DNA from: Escherichia phage FL20
Sequence record: PP400781
DNA: 64,000 bases
Reading direction: 5' to 3' (one strand)
Shown: positions 48,002 to 57,360 of the stretch, piece after piece
Numbering within the stretch: position 1 is the first letter of the stretch
How the letters are laid out: each line of letters opens with the position of its first letter
Notes under the pieces: model-generated
Databases searched by the model: none
Seen by the model: the letters and a program-made list of their open reading frames with translations, nothing else
Told to the model about the DNA's origin: nothing
Position numbers and translations under genes: made by a program

Positions 48002-49158
48002 AGATATTTCCCGAATCGGTTGTAGTCATCGTCTGTTAAATCGGTATTAACCTGAGATACCAGATACATAATCTCTACTTCCTGCGCTGCATTCTGTACT
48101 TCGTCAGAGTTCAACCATTTACGCATCCACGGTAACGGATGACGACGAACACTAAACGGGCTTTTCAGTCCGGCAGCACGCATACGGGAATCTGCCAGGT
48201 ATTCTACATAGGTTTTCAGAATTTCCGGTGACAGGTTAGGAATTGCCCCCATTGCGAATAGGTGGTCTACCCATTCTTTTTCTTGCTCGACAACATCCAG
48301 AAAGATTTTCGTTGCTTCGCCTTCAAGTTCTTCCGCAATCTGTTTCCACTCATCACCATCAACCCCCGTTTGCCATTGACGAATAATGTATTGTGTGCCT
48401 TTTAAGTGAAGTTGTTCATCACGCGCAATAAATTTCATGATCTTCGCGTTACCTTCCAGTAAACCACGTTCGGCAAAGCTGAAAGTACATGCAAAGGACA
48501 CATAAAAACGAATTGCTTCCAGTGCATTGACGCAGTGTGCACACAGATAAATCGAAGCCATCAGATCTCGTTTTGTATCTTCAAAAAATCTTCTTGCATC
48601 ATCTAATGCTGTCTGGTCGTCTCGTTCTTCCCAATAGCGGAGATCTTCTTTTGCATTCTCATACTTACGAATCCAATAAAGAACATCATCATAATATTTC
48701 CCGATAGATTCCGCTCGCTTCATGATAGCAGGGTTATCGATGATCTGGTCGAACTCACTAGCCGGATCAATGAAACAGTTACGCATAATGTGTGTATAGC
48801 TTCGGCTATGAATCGTTTCGCTGAATGTCCATGTTTGCAACCATGTATCGAGAGTTGGATCAGATACAATTGGACCAAATGCTGCGGACGGTGCGCGACC
48901 TTGAATAGAATCAAGTAATGTCTGATACTTCAAGTTTTCAGTAAAGAAACGTTTTTCAACATCGCCCATATTCAGATACTGAATGCGGTCGGTTGCAAGT
49001 GAAATTTCTTCGGGGCGCCAAAAAAATGACAATTGCTTTTCGATCAGTTCTTCAAATACTTGATGACGCTGAATATCATAGCGAGCGATACCCAACCCAC
49101 TACCCAGAAACATTGGTTCGTTCATAATATCAACATGTTCGCGGTTAAATACGCTCAT
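47998..49158 (-). CDS. nrdB: ribonucleotide reductase small (beta) subunit
   Basis: 386 aa; class I R2 size and iron-binding ExxH context; synteny with nrdA. Confidence 0.9.
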   Translation of the reverse strand: MSVFNREHVDIMNEPMFLGSGLGIARYDIQRHQVFEELIEKQLSFFWRPEEISLATDRIQYLNMGDVEKRFFTENLKYQTLLDSIQGRAPSAAFGPIVSDPTLDTWLQTWTFSETIHSRSYTHIMRNCFIDPASEFDQIIDNPAIMKRAESIGKYYDDVLYWIRKYENAKEDLRYWEERDDQTALDDARRFFEDTKRDLMASIYLCAHCVNALEAIRFYVSFACTFSFAERGLLEGNAKIMKFIARDEQLHLKGTQYIIRQWQTGVDGDEWKQIAEELEGEATKIFLDVVEQEKEWVDHLFAMGAIPNLSPEILKTYVEYLADSRMRAAGLKSPFSVRRHPLPWMRKWLNSDEVQNAAQEVEIMYLVSQVNTDLTDDDYNRFGKYL

Positions 49159-49173
49159 TAATTCACCTCACTA

Positions 49174-49341
49174 TCACTTTTTAACACAAAAGATCTTAGT
49201 ATTTCTGTTTACTTCGCTATCCTGCTGCAATTCCTGCACAGCTTCAAAACAATTTTGATGTGATGAAAACTCTACGCTGGTAACAGTTCCTTTATTATAT
49301 GATCCTACGCTAACGGAAAGCAATAACCATACAGTAGCCAT
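49174..49341 (-). CDS. small protein with signal-peptide-like N-terminus (55 aa; approximate)
   Basis: MATVWLLLSVSVGSY...; lies between nrdA and nrdB. Confidence 0.3.
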   Translation of the reverse strand: MATVWLLLSVSVGSYNKGTVTSVEFSSHQNCFEAVQELQQDSEVNRNTKIFCVKK

Positions 49342-49506
49342 TATCCGACAACCTCAAAACATTTATCATCAGGAAGAATCGCCCATTCTACACCATATTC
49401 ATCCTCGACGTAGTCAAGTCCCATCATGTCGAGCATCATATTCATCACCAACAACAAAGCTATCAGCTAGTTCAAAATCTACAGCAACACATTTTAATTT
49501 GGTCAT

Positions 49507-49574
49507 AATAAAATCCTCACTTGTTTTTGATGGTTGTATTATAGCGGGGATTTCTCCCCGCGTCAACACTTATT
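49507..49574 (-). promoter_or_regulatory. PeSL cassette copy 15 (palindrome gcgggga-tttc-tccccgc)
   Basis: Conserved layout immediately downstream of nrdA. Confidence 0.65.
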
Positions 49575-51818
49575 TTACAGCTTGCAAGATGAGCACTCGC
49601 TAGCGTCTTCCGTACCATCTGCACCGTCGCGAACGTTCGCATAATACAGGGTTTTCAGACCGTAATGTTGAGCGAACAACATATCATCTAACACATCAGC
49701 AATATCGACTTTACCAGTCTTATAAGTGCTTGGATCATAGGATGTATTGGAACTAATCGCCTGATCTACAAACTTCTGCATGATCGCTGCCAGTGTCAGA
49801 TAGGGCTTGTTACCTTTCTTGATCAGTGTCCAAAGCAGGTCAATAACATCAGCATTATTCTCTACGTTCGGAATAACCTGATTAAATTGCCCTTCTTTCG
49901 ATCCTTTAACCGATACAATCCCGCGAGGTGGTTCAATACCGTTTGTGCTGTTAGACACCTGAGAAGATGACTCACAAGGCATCAGCGCCGAAAGCGTACT
50001 GTTACGAATGCCATATTTTTTCAGGTCTTCGCGCAGTTCTTCCCAATCCATCTCATACACCGGATCAACCAGTTCATCTACTGTCTTTTTGTACCAGTCG
50101 ATAGGCAGTTCACCGCGACCATAACGTGTTTCATGCATCAGTTCGCAAGCACCCTTCTCTTTAGCCAGTTGCACACTAGCCTTAATCAGAGCATATTGCA
50201 AGCGTTCAAACGTTTTATGCGTAAACTCGCTAGCGTCTTCATATGTGAAGAAATTATCTGCTAGATATGATGCAAAGTTAGTCACACCAACACCCAGAGA
50301 GCGACGTTTTTTGGCTGTCAGAGCTTGTTCTACAGGATAATCCTGATAATCTAACAGGTTGTCCAGTGCACGCACCATAACCATAGCAATGCGTTCTACT
50401 TCTTCCATATTTTCGATATCAAAGTTTCCTAAAACATATGCTGCCAAAGTACATAGGCTGATCTCTGAATCATCACGACCCATCGGTTTTGTAGGCAGAG
50501 CAATTTCACAACACAGGTTAGATTGTTTAATCGGTGCTACATTACGAATAAACGCCCCGTGATTGTTCATGTTGTCTGTGAACGTTGGGTAGATTCGACC
50601 AGTGTTAAAACGTTCAATTGCCACCGCTAAAAACAGGTCTTCGGCTTTAACACGAGTTTTACGAACACTCGGATCTTTTTCCAGTTTTTCGTAAAGTTGG
50701 CGGAAACCTTCCTCGTCTCGGAAGTACAGATCCCACAACAAGCCACCCGCAACATCTGGACTAAACAGAGTAATGTAATCCCGTTTAAGGAATCGCTCTA
50801 CCATCAGGTTATTAATCTGTACGCCGTAGTCAAGATGGCGAATGCGGTTATCTTCCACGCCCTTATTGTTCTTTAACACAATCAGACTTTCAAACTCTAA
50901 ATGCCACATTGGGTAATAGAGTGTCGCTGCCCCGCCACGAATACCGCCTTGTGAGCATGACTTAACGGCAGTCTGAAAATGTTTCCAGAATGGGATAACT
51001 CCAGTATGACGAACTTCACCATGCCCGATCTTAGATCCTTCCGCGCGAATCATGCCAGCGTTGATACCGATACCAGCACGCTTGCTAATATACTTGATGA
51101 TTGCATTTGCGGTTTCATTAATACCCTGCAATGAGTCATCACTTTCAATCACCACACACGAACTAAATTGGCGTGTTGGGGTACGCACACCTGCCATAAT
51201 CGGAGTAGGCAGAGAGATTTGCTTATTCGCAACCGCATTATAAAAATCAATCACATGTTCAAGTCGATTTTCTGTCTCTTCTTGATGCAAGCACATACCG
51301 ATCAGCATATACGCAAATTGCGGTGTTTCGATGATTTTCTTAGTGCTGCGATCTTGAACAAGATATTTCTCTTTTAACTGCATCGCACCAGCATAGGTCA
51401 TTTTAAAATCAAGTTTATGGTCGATGAATTTCTCCAGATATTCCACTTCTTCACGGGAATACTTTTGCAGAATTTCGCGATCATATTTTCCGGTTGCAAT
51501 ATTACGCTCAATATGGCTGTAAAAATCAATCGGTTGGAATTGACCGTATACTGATTTGCGAAGCGCGAACATTGCAAGGTTACTTGCTACATATTGATAA
51601 TCGGGTGTTTCTACAGTAATGTTATCTGCTGCGACCTTAATCAATACTTTCTGGATATCGTTGGTAGACATACCTTCTGTCAGAAGTGGTTCAACCATAT
51701 CAAACAATTCATATGGATCAACGTTATGACCTTCGGCTGCCGCTTCCAGAATTTTCATTACTTTTTCTTTTTCAAAAGGAACAGTCAGACCGGAAGACTT
51801 AACAACATTTTTAATCAT
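49575..51818 (-). CDS. nrdA: ribonucleotide reductase large (alpha) subunit
   Basis: 747 aa; ATP-cone N-terminus, catalytic Cys context, C-terminal CSSCKL-type tail; synteny. Confidence 0.93.
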   Translation of the reverse strand: MIKNVVKSSGLTVPFEKEKVMKILEAAAEGHNVDPYELFDMVEPLLTEGMSTNDIQKVLIKVAADNITVETPDYQYVASNLAMFALRKSVYGQFQPIDFYSHIERNIATGKYDREILQKYSREEVEYLEKFIDHKLDFKMTYAGAMQLKEKYLVQDRSTKKIIETPQFAYMLIGMCLHQEETENRLEHVIDFYNAVANKQISLPTPIMAGVRTPTRQFSSCVVIESDDSLQGINETANAIIKYISKRAGIGINAGMIRAEGSKIGHGEVRHTGVIPFWKHFQTAVKSCSQGGIRGGAATLYYPMWHLEFESLIVLKNNKGVEDNRIRHLDYGVQINNLMVERFLKRDYITLFSPDVAGGLLWDLYFRDEEGFRQLYEKLEKDPSVRKTRVKAEDLFLAVAIERFNTGRIYPTFTDNMNNHGAFIRNVAPIKQSNLCCEIALPTKPMGRDDSEISLCTLAAYVLGNFDIENMEEVERIAMVMVRALDNLLDYQDYPVEQALTAKKRRSLGVGVTNFASYLADNFFTYEDASEFTHKTFERLQYALIKASVQLAKEKGACELMHETRYGRGELPIDWYKKTVDELVDPVYEMDWEELREDLKKYGIRNSTLSALMPCESSSQVSNSTNGIEPPRGIVSVKGSKEGQFNQVIPNVENNADVIDLLWTLIKKGNKPYLTLAAIMQKFVDQAISSNTSYDPSTYKTGKVDIADVLDDMLFAQHYGLKTLYYANVRDGADGTEDASECSSCKL

Positions 51819-51886
51819 ATTACCTCACTTCATATTTTAGCAGGAACAAGTTTATCCTCCATATTGGGGGCTTTCGCCCCCTTTGT

Positions 51887-53119
51887 TTATACTGCCATTT
51901 GAGCGGTGATTGCTGGATGGCTTTGATAGTTGTGAATTTTAAAGTCTTTCGGAGTCTTTGTCAATACCTCATCTAAAGATTTAAATTCCGGCAACTCAAT
52001 CGTTGGTTTATCAAACGGAACACGGCTTAACTGTTCCATAACTTGATCAAAATGGTTTTTGTAAATGTGAGTATCTCCACCAGAGAAAATCAGTTCTCCT
52101 ACCTCAAGATCACACATTTTCGCTATGATGTGAGTTAACAGCGCATAGCTGGCGACGTTAAAGGGCAAGCCTAAAAAGCTGTCTACGCTTCTCTGAAACC
52201 ACATACAAGACAGTTTACCTTCATTGACGTAGAATTGCACGAAAGGATGACATACACCCAATACAGCATTATGTGTTCCTTGTACGTTCCATGAGTCAAT
52301 AATGATCCGGCGATCCGTTGGATTGTTTTTAATTTGTTCAATCACGTTTTGTAACTGGTCTTCCCAAATCTTCTGGCGATAGACATATTCTTCATCGTCT
52401 TTAGTGCTCGATGTGTCTACGTCCATACTAGCAAAGATCGTGGTATCTGGTGCTAAAATATCCCCACCCAGATAATCACTATCAAGCAGATAACCGAAAT
52501 AACCATCATCTACCCATTCCTGGAATCCCCACAAGCAATATGCATCATTAACAAAATTAGATTGAGTCTTCCAGTGGTCTGCTACTAAGAATAGATTATA
52601 CTCAGAATCAAACTCTTCATAACGCATACCACGCCAGATAGCACATAAACGGTCTTCTGTTTCATTGGTTGGCGTAAAGTCTTCTACCCACGGGTGCTTA
52701 AATGTATGTGCATATTTGCTCTTAACGCGCTTAATTTTGATTTCACCGTGTGGATGAATCGGTTTGCGTCGCCATGCCATACCATACATATTGCCGACAT
52801 TATAACCATTGAATCGCAAAGGATTCTTTTCTTTCATATCAAGACAGTTGCCGCGCCAAATGTCGAAGGCTTCTTCGTCAAACTTACCGCGTGTAATTTC
52901 CTGTAAGCGACGGCGGTCAAGTGATCCCTCCATAAACCATAGCAATTCACCAATTACAGAGGCTGTAGCCATCTTTTTAGTGGTCAGTAAGGGGAAACCC
53001 TTGCTTAAGTCAATTCGCATTTCTGCACCGAATTTAGAGAGCGTACCTATCCCCGTTCGGTCTTCACGAGGCCAGCCATTATCAAGAACATCACGCAACA
53101 GTTTCAAATATTCTTTCAT
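51887..53119 (-). CDS. td: thymidylate synthase with a ~135-aa in-frame insertion
   Basis: 410 aa; ThyA blocks DRTGIGT, RRIIIDSWNV, CHPFVQFYV, LGLPFNVASYALLTHI, C-terminus HNYQSHPAITAQMAV; extra segment between residues about 119 and 253. Confidence 0.9.
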   Translation of the reverse strand: MKEYLKLLRDVLDNGWPREDRTGIGTLSKFGAEMRIDLSKGFPLLTTKKMATASVIGELLWFMEGSLDRRRLQEITRGKFDEEAFDIWRGNCLDMKEKNPLRFNGYNVGNMYGMAWRRKPIHPHGEIKIKRVKSKYAHTFKHPWVEDFTPTNETEDRLCAIWRGMRYEEFDSEYNLFLVADHWKTQSNFVNDAYCLWGFQEWVDDGYFGYLLDSDYLGGDILAPDTTIFASMDVDTSSTKDDEEYVYRQKIWEDQLQNVIEQIKNNPTDRRIIIDSWNVQGTHNAVLGVCHPFVQFYVNEGKLSCMWFQRSVDSFLGLPFNVASYALLTHIIAKMCDLEVGELIFSGGDTHIYKNHFDQVMEQLSRVPFDKPTIELPEFKSLDEVLTKTPKDFKIHNYQSHPAITAQMAV

Positions 53120-53387
53120 CCCACATCACCTTTTTCTTATTGATTGCTTTCTTACGCAGTTTTGCTACTGTCTCGTCAATATCGATAAAGACAACGCCAC
53201 GGTCGAATACAGTAGCAGGTCTTGAGATATCGCTATTTTCTTGCACAGGAAGCCATGATGCGCTCGCTTCATCATAGAGATATTGTAAACCGTAATAATC
53301 TACGGCTACTGCGTAGTTTTCACTGGTAGCCGTCCATAATTGAATAATACCGACTTTCATTATTGTTCCCGTCCGCAATGTAAGCAC
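53091..53387 (-). CDS. hypothetical protein (98 aa or shorter)
   Basis: ORF between frd and td; start uncertain. Confidence 0.45.
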   Translation of the reverse strand: MLTLRTGTIMKVGIIQLWTATSENYAVAVDYYGLQYLYDEASASWLPVQENSDISRPATVFDRGVVFIDIDETVAKLRKKAINKKKVMWDERIFETVA

Positions 53388-53453
53388 CGACTACCAGCAA
53401 ACATTAAAGATTCACCACAATGTTTGCACTCATAATCTGTCAGAATTTTCATG

Positions 53454-54035
53454 TTACGCCTTCTTACGTTCTAAAATTTGTTCGCTGATCAGGTAATTAT
53501 CAAGGAAGTAATTATGTTCTTCTTTGGTTACAAAGTCAAAATACAATTCCTGAATCATTTCCTTAGATATACCAACATCATATTCAAATGGATCGTTGAT
53601 CCCTGAACGTTGAACATACGTTAACACAATACGGTCCGCAAAGTCAACTGCTTTTTCAATCAGGGAAGGTCCACCAATAACGCTTACCAAACCTTGCAAT
53701 TTCTCTATGACTTCTAATAATTCCTTCAATCCACCATCATTAGTAATCGCGGTATACACATCAGGTTGTTCGCCGTTTTTTGCTGTCGGTGCTGGCTTAC
53801 TGGTATCGGTACTAACAACCACATTCACACGACCTTCCAGTGCTTTAGGAAGACTTTCAAAGGTATTGCGTCCCATTACAACCGCCGCAAGATCAACATC
53901 TCCCATAGTGCGCATTTTAAAGTTTTCCATGTCCTTTTTGATTGGACGACCCCACGGTAAACCGCCTTTAAAACCAAAAGACCAATTTTCATCCGACATT
54001 TTAGTGTCACCAATCGCAAATACACATTGAATCAT
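53454..54035 (-). CDS. frd: dihydrofolate reductase
   Basis: 193 aa; DHFR signature GGLPW and NAD(P)H-binding context; synteny with td. Confidence 0.88.
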   Translation of the reverse strand: MIQCVFAIGDTKMSDENWSFGFKGGLPWGRPIKKDMENFKMRTMGDVDLAAVVMGRNTFESLPKALEGRVNVVVSTDTSKPAPTAKNGEQPDVYTAITNDGGLKELLEVIEKLQGLVSVIGGPSLIEKAVDFADRIVLTYVQRSGINDPFEYDVGISKEMIQELYFDFVTKEEHNYFLDNYLISEQILERKKA

Positions 54036-54050
54036 AATATAAATCTCCTA

Positions 54051-54380
54051 TCAAACCAGCTTGAGATAGTTTTCGTTAACGTTTTCTTCTGTGATCTCGG
54101 TTTTAAACTCATTACCAACATCAGGAGAAACATAATAGCGTTCGGAATAATCACGCCACATTTTCAGTAGGCTGACACCAACATTAACACCATTTTCCCA
54201 GAAACGGAAGATAATTTTATTTGCGGTGTAGCGGTAATCGCTTTGAATCAAGCTGCCATCACCGCGACGTGATTCATAAACCGTAATACATTCACGGTTA
54301 GCGGCTTTAAGACATTCTTCAATAGTGCCGCATGAGATAATTTCGGTTGAGTCGTTTACGATTTGTTCTACAGTCCACAT
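54051..54380 (-). CDS. hypothetical protein (109 aa), PeSL-driven
   Basis: ORF directly after PeSL copy 16. Confidence 0.55.
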   Translation of the reverse strand: MWTVEQIVNDSTEIISCGTIEECLKAANRECITVYESRRGDGSLIQSDYRYTANKIIFRFWENGVNVGVSLLKMWRDYSERYYVSPDVGNEFKTEITEENVNENYLKLV

Positions 54381-54450
54381 AATATAATCCTCTCTTTGTT
54401 TCGATGTGTGTATTATACATTACCACATCAGCATGTCAACACCTTTTTCA
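54381..54450 (-). promoter_or_regulatory. PeSL cassette copy 16
   Basis: Conserved layout. Confidence 0.65.
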
Positions 54451-54465
54451 TAAAATTTTAGTCAA

Positions 54466-54491
54466 TAAAAAAGCCTCCCCGAAGGAAGGCT
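54466..54491 (-). terminator. rho-independent terminator after gene 32 (approximate)
   Basis: Hairpin agccttcc-TTCG-gggaggct plus T6 on minus strand; third member of the same terminator family. Confidence 0.7.
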
Positions 54492-54501
54492 TTAAAATTC
54501 A

Positions 54502-55503
54502 TTACATCCCTAACAGAGCGTCAAGATCATCCAGATCAGAAGCGGAGGAAGTACCGCCACCCAGATCCAGCGATGCCATCAGGTCATCAGCGGAAGAATC
54601 TAACGCCGTGCTAGCTGCGTTAATACCAACTACAGTGCTAGCTGCGTTAATACCAACTACAGTGCTAGCTGCGTTAATACCAGAATCGAATGCATTCATC
54701 TGTGCGTCAAAATCGTCAAGCTGGCTGTTAATCGCTGCCGCAGCACTGGAAGCCGCAGCACCAGCTACCATAGAAACGCCCATAGTTTTCTTAAATTTTG
54801 TTTCCAGTTCATCGAACGGTTTAAACTGGCTAGGCGCTACAATCTCACTCAGATCAACCATGTTTTCCATCAGATATTTCTGATATGCTTCGTCTTCAAT
54901 TTTCGGAAGCTGTGATTGCTGCATGAAACGAGAATCATCATAGTTCTGGTGTTTATCAACCTTCTTAGCTTTCAGGAGGAAGTTAGCACCAGAGAACACA
55001 CAAGTTACATCGACCGGAACTTCGCCCATATCGGTATTCACGTTCACCATTGCAACGATCTTATCATAAATTTTCTGACCGAAGCGGAATTTGAATACCT
55101 TACCTTCATTTTCTGGTGCTTGAGGATCTTTCAGTACCAGAATATTTGCGTAGTAAGACGCTTTACGCTTAATCAGTTGCCATTCGGTTTTATCGGTATT
55201 GTACAGGTCTTTTTCGTTAATATATTTGCACACAGGGCAAGAATCAAAATCACCGTGGGTGCTGGAGCAGTTTTCCCAATACCATTTGCCATTAACTTTG
55301 AAGGAATGGTTTACCAGTTTCACAATCGGCAGACCGTCTTCTGTCTTAGACGGCAGGAAGCGAATCAGGGCTTCACCGTTACCTGCTGCATCAGTCTTAA
55401 TCTTCCACTCTTTTGGATCTTCTTTGGAGAAACCGTTGCCACCTTTCAGTGCGGCCAGTTGAGCTTGCAGTTTGGAGCTATCTTGACGACGAAACATGTT
55501 CAT
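54502..55503 (-). CDS. 32: single-stranded DNA-binding protein gp32
   Basis: 333 aa; blocks [20 protein letters not shown] (zinc site), [31 protein letters not shown] match T4 gp32. Confidence 0.95.
   Translation of the reverse strand: MNMFRRQDSSKLQAQLAALKGGNGFSKEDPKEWKIKTDAAGNGEALIRFLPSKTEDGLPIVKLVNHSFKVNGKWYWENCSSTHGDFDSCPVCKYINEKDLYNTDKTEWQLIKRKASYYANILVLKDPQAPENEGKVFKFRFGQKIYDKIVAMVNVNTDMGEVPVDVTCVFSGANFLLKAKKVDKHQNYDDSRFMQQSQLPKIEDEAYQKYLMENMVDLSEIVAPSQFKPFDELETKFKKTMGVSMVAGAAASSAAAAINSQLDDFDAQMNAFDSGINAASTVVGINAASTVVGINAASTALDSSADDLMASLDLGGGTSSASDLDDLDALLGM
54601..54681. repeat. in-frame tandem 27-bp repeat (3 copies) inside gene 32 encoding GINAASTVV x3
   Basis: Three consecutive 9-residue units at residues 275-301 of gp32; nucleotide units near-identical. 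Confidence 0.8.
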
Positions 55504-55563
55504 AATTATACCTCTTTATACATTAACTATTGATTAATTTACGTTTTATACTATATCAGATAC

Positions 55564-56160
55564 TTAATTGCTTGTCAATACTTTATCAATTATATCTAAC
55601 AGTTTTGGCTTTCTATTTTCAAATTCTAACATCTCTTCGGGAGAAATGTCAACTACTTCTGTTTTGTTGAAAAAGTTTGGGTCTATAGCATCAGCAACAA
55701 AGTTTCTCGCAAGTGCTGCCGCTTTCTCATGAACATATATTCCCAAATATATCAACTTCTTTCTTTCGACCTGAATATTGGCAACATATTTACCATCTCG
55801 TTTATAAAGACTAACACCGATATATTCAGACGATCGACCTTTCTGTTTACCCATATTTCTTGAGTTTTGTTGCTCGTTCGCATCTCTCAAGTTTTCAATC
55901 CGATTATCTGTTATAATTCGGTTAACATGGTCAACGTATTTTGGCATGTATCCATGATGCATAAAGAAAATTATTCTATGCTCTTTATGATGTTTACCAT
56001 CGATACACACCAATCTGTATCCATGACTAGGATTAACTCCACCCGCTCTAGATCCGACTTTATGCTTTCTGTTTGTCGATATCTTGCGAATCAGCTTACC
56101 GTTATCATATTTAAAGAGTTCATGACAACGAGCATACAATTCAGGATCATATGTTTTCAC
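55564..56160 (-). CDS. HNH-AP2 homing endonuclease
   Basis: 198 aa; HNH_3-type motif HRIIFFMHHG...VDHVNRIITDNRIENLRDANEQQNS followed by AP2 domain YIGVSLYKRDGKYVANIQVERKKLIYLGIY; occupies the segG locus of T4. Confidence 0.7.
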   Translation of the reverse strand: MKTYDPELYARCHELFKYDNGKLIRKISTNRKHKVGSRAGGVNPSHGYRLVCIDGKHHKEHRIIFFMHHGYMPKYVDHVNRIITDNRIENLRDANEQQNSRNMGKQKGRSSEYIGVSLYKRDGKYVANIQVERKKLIYLGIYVHEKAAALARNFVADAIDPNFFNKTEVVDISPEEMLEFENRKPKLLDIIDKVLTSN

Positions 56161-56824
56161 CTTTTAACCTCGATATTTCTTTACACTCTTTAACTACTTT
56201 AACAAATAATGCTCTTGCTTTTGCGGCGTCAATAACAAGTAGTTTCTTGTACGCCTTCATTTTAACACTATAAGTTTGCCAAATCAAGTCTTTGGCTACC
56301 TTGTCGTGTTCGTCGATTATATTTAGAAAGCTATCTAACAACATAAACGACTCAAACGATATAATCCGATTTTGCAGTAGTTTAAAGATACCGCTAGTTT
56401 CGGTTGCGGGATTATATGTAATTAGCTCTTTAAGAGTAACCCCGCGTTTCTCTGAGAAGTATACAAGACTTTTAATGTCATCGTCAAATCTTGTTGCTGC
56501 ATCTGTTATCTTTCCTATGTATTCCATATAAAAGCCGTATGCGTCAACATCAGTGATTTCACCTACCCATGCATCGGTATTAGCTACCAGATTGCTTAGG
56601 AATAGGAAGTATAATTCTCTTAGATTGTACTTTTCCGCTAATTTTGCGAAATAATACTTATCTCTGCGTTTATTGAATGCGGCATCAGATAACCGCATCC
56701 TCCAATTATATTTTACGCAATCATAACGCCCGTTCATATGAGCTTTCATCATGCAATATAACATATACACAGATTTAGCATTAATTCGCATATCTGGATC
56801 TGGAGGAAGACGGTTTCTGATCAT
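56147..56824 (-). CDS. 59: helicase loader gp59
   Basis: 225 aa; blocks GKSVY.LY.M..HMNG.YD..KYNW.MR.SDAA..KRRDKY.F.KL.EKY.L.EL, NLVAN.DAW.G, FKLLQ..IISFE.F.LLDSFLNIID.HD match T4 gp59. Confidence 0.93.
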   Translation of the reverse strand: MIRNRLPPDPDMRINAKSVYMLYCMMKAHMNGRYDCVKYNWRMRLSDAAFNKRRDKYYFAKLAEKYNLRELYFLFLSNLVANTDAWVGEITDVDAYGFYMEYIGKITDAATRFDDDIKSLVYFSEKRGVTLKELITYNPATETSGIFKLLQNRIISFESFMLLDSFLNIIDEHDKVAKDLIWQTYSVKMKAYKKLLVIDAAKARALFVKVVKECKEISRLKGENI

Positions 56825-56833
56825 ACATACCCC

Positions 56834-57103
56834 TTAAATATCGAGAGTGTTGGTCGGTTCGTCGATCACTCCCTTCCTGAGCGTTCTATTTACTATACAT
56901 TCTTGTGTGATCTTGTCAATAATGGACACCGGAATATATTTCTGATAGTGACCATATTCTATAGAGTTTTCCTCTACAAACTGAGTTGTCGCTTCAAGAT
57001 AAGTCAATCCCTCTTCAACAACCAGTTTTTCGATTGCAAGACCGTTTGCTGTTTTATTCGCGGCTTTTACCGCATGTTCATTAAGCATTGAACACCCGAT
57101 CAT
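56834..57103 (-). CDS. 33: late promoter transcription accessory protein gp33
   Basis: 89 aa; block YLEATT.F.EENSI matches T4 gp33; synteny. Confidence 0.8.
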   Translation of the reverse strand: MIGCSMLNEHAVKAANKTANGLAIEKLVVEEGLTYLEATTQFVEENSIEYGHYQKYIPVSIIDKITQECIVNRTLRKGVIDEPTNTLDI

Positions 57104-57356
57104 AGAGTTCTACTGCTTCATCGCGTTCTGCTTCGAAGGTTTCGCGCTGTTGCTGGTGATACAGTTTAAACAGAATGCCCCACATTTTACCATCTACGCC
57201 TAATTCTTCTTTAGCACGCTGTTTGATCTCTTTGATCTTATCGCCATATGCTTCTTGAATGGTTTTCTGATCACTGGCTTCTTTAATCAGTTGTGCCAGG
57301 GTATTTCCGTGCACTGCTTCGTCAAATACTACTTTTTCTTTTTTCTGTTCAGTCAT
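57081..57356 (-). CDS. dsbA: DsbA-like double-stranded DNA-binding protein
   Basis: 91 aa; synteny between 33 and rnh. Confidence 0.65.
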   Translation of the reverse strand: MTEQKKEKVVFDEAVHGNTLAQLIKEASDQKTIQEAYGDKIKEIKQRAKEELGVDGKMWGILFKLYHQQQRETFEAERDEAVELYDRVFNA

Positions 57357-57360
57357 AATA

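Noticed and set aside
51887-53119. Group I intron or intein in td (T4 td carries an intron)
   Set aside because: The gene is one continuous frame with no internal stops or endonuclease ORF; the extra segment lacks intein-like terminal residues. Kept as an insertion-domain finding instead.
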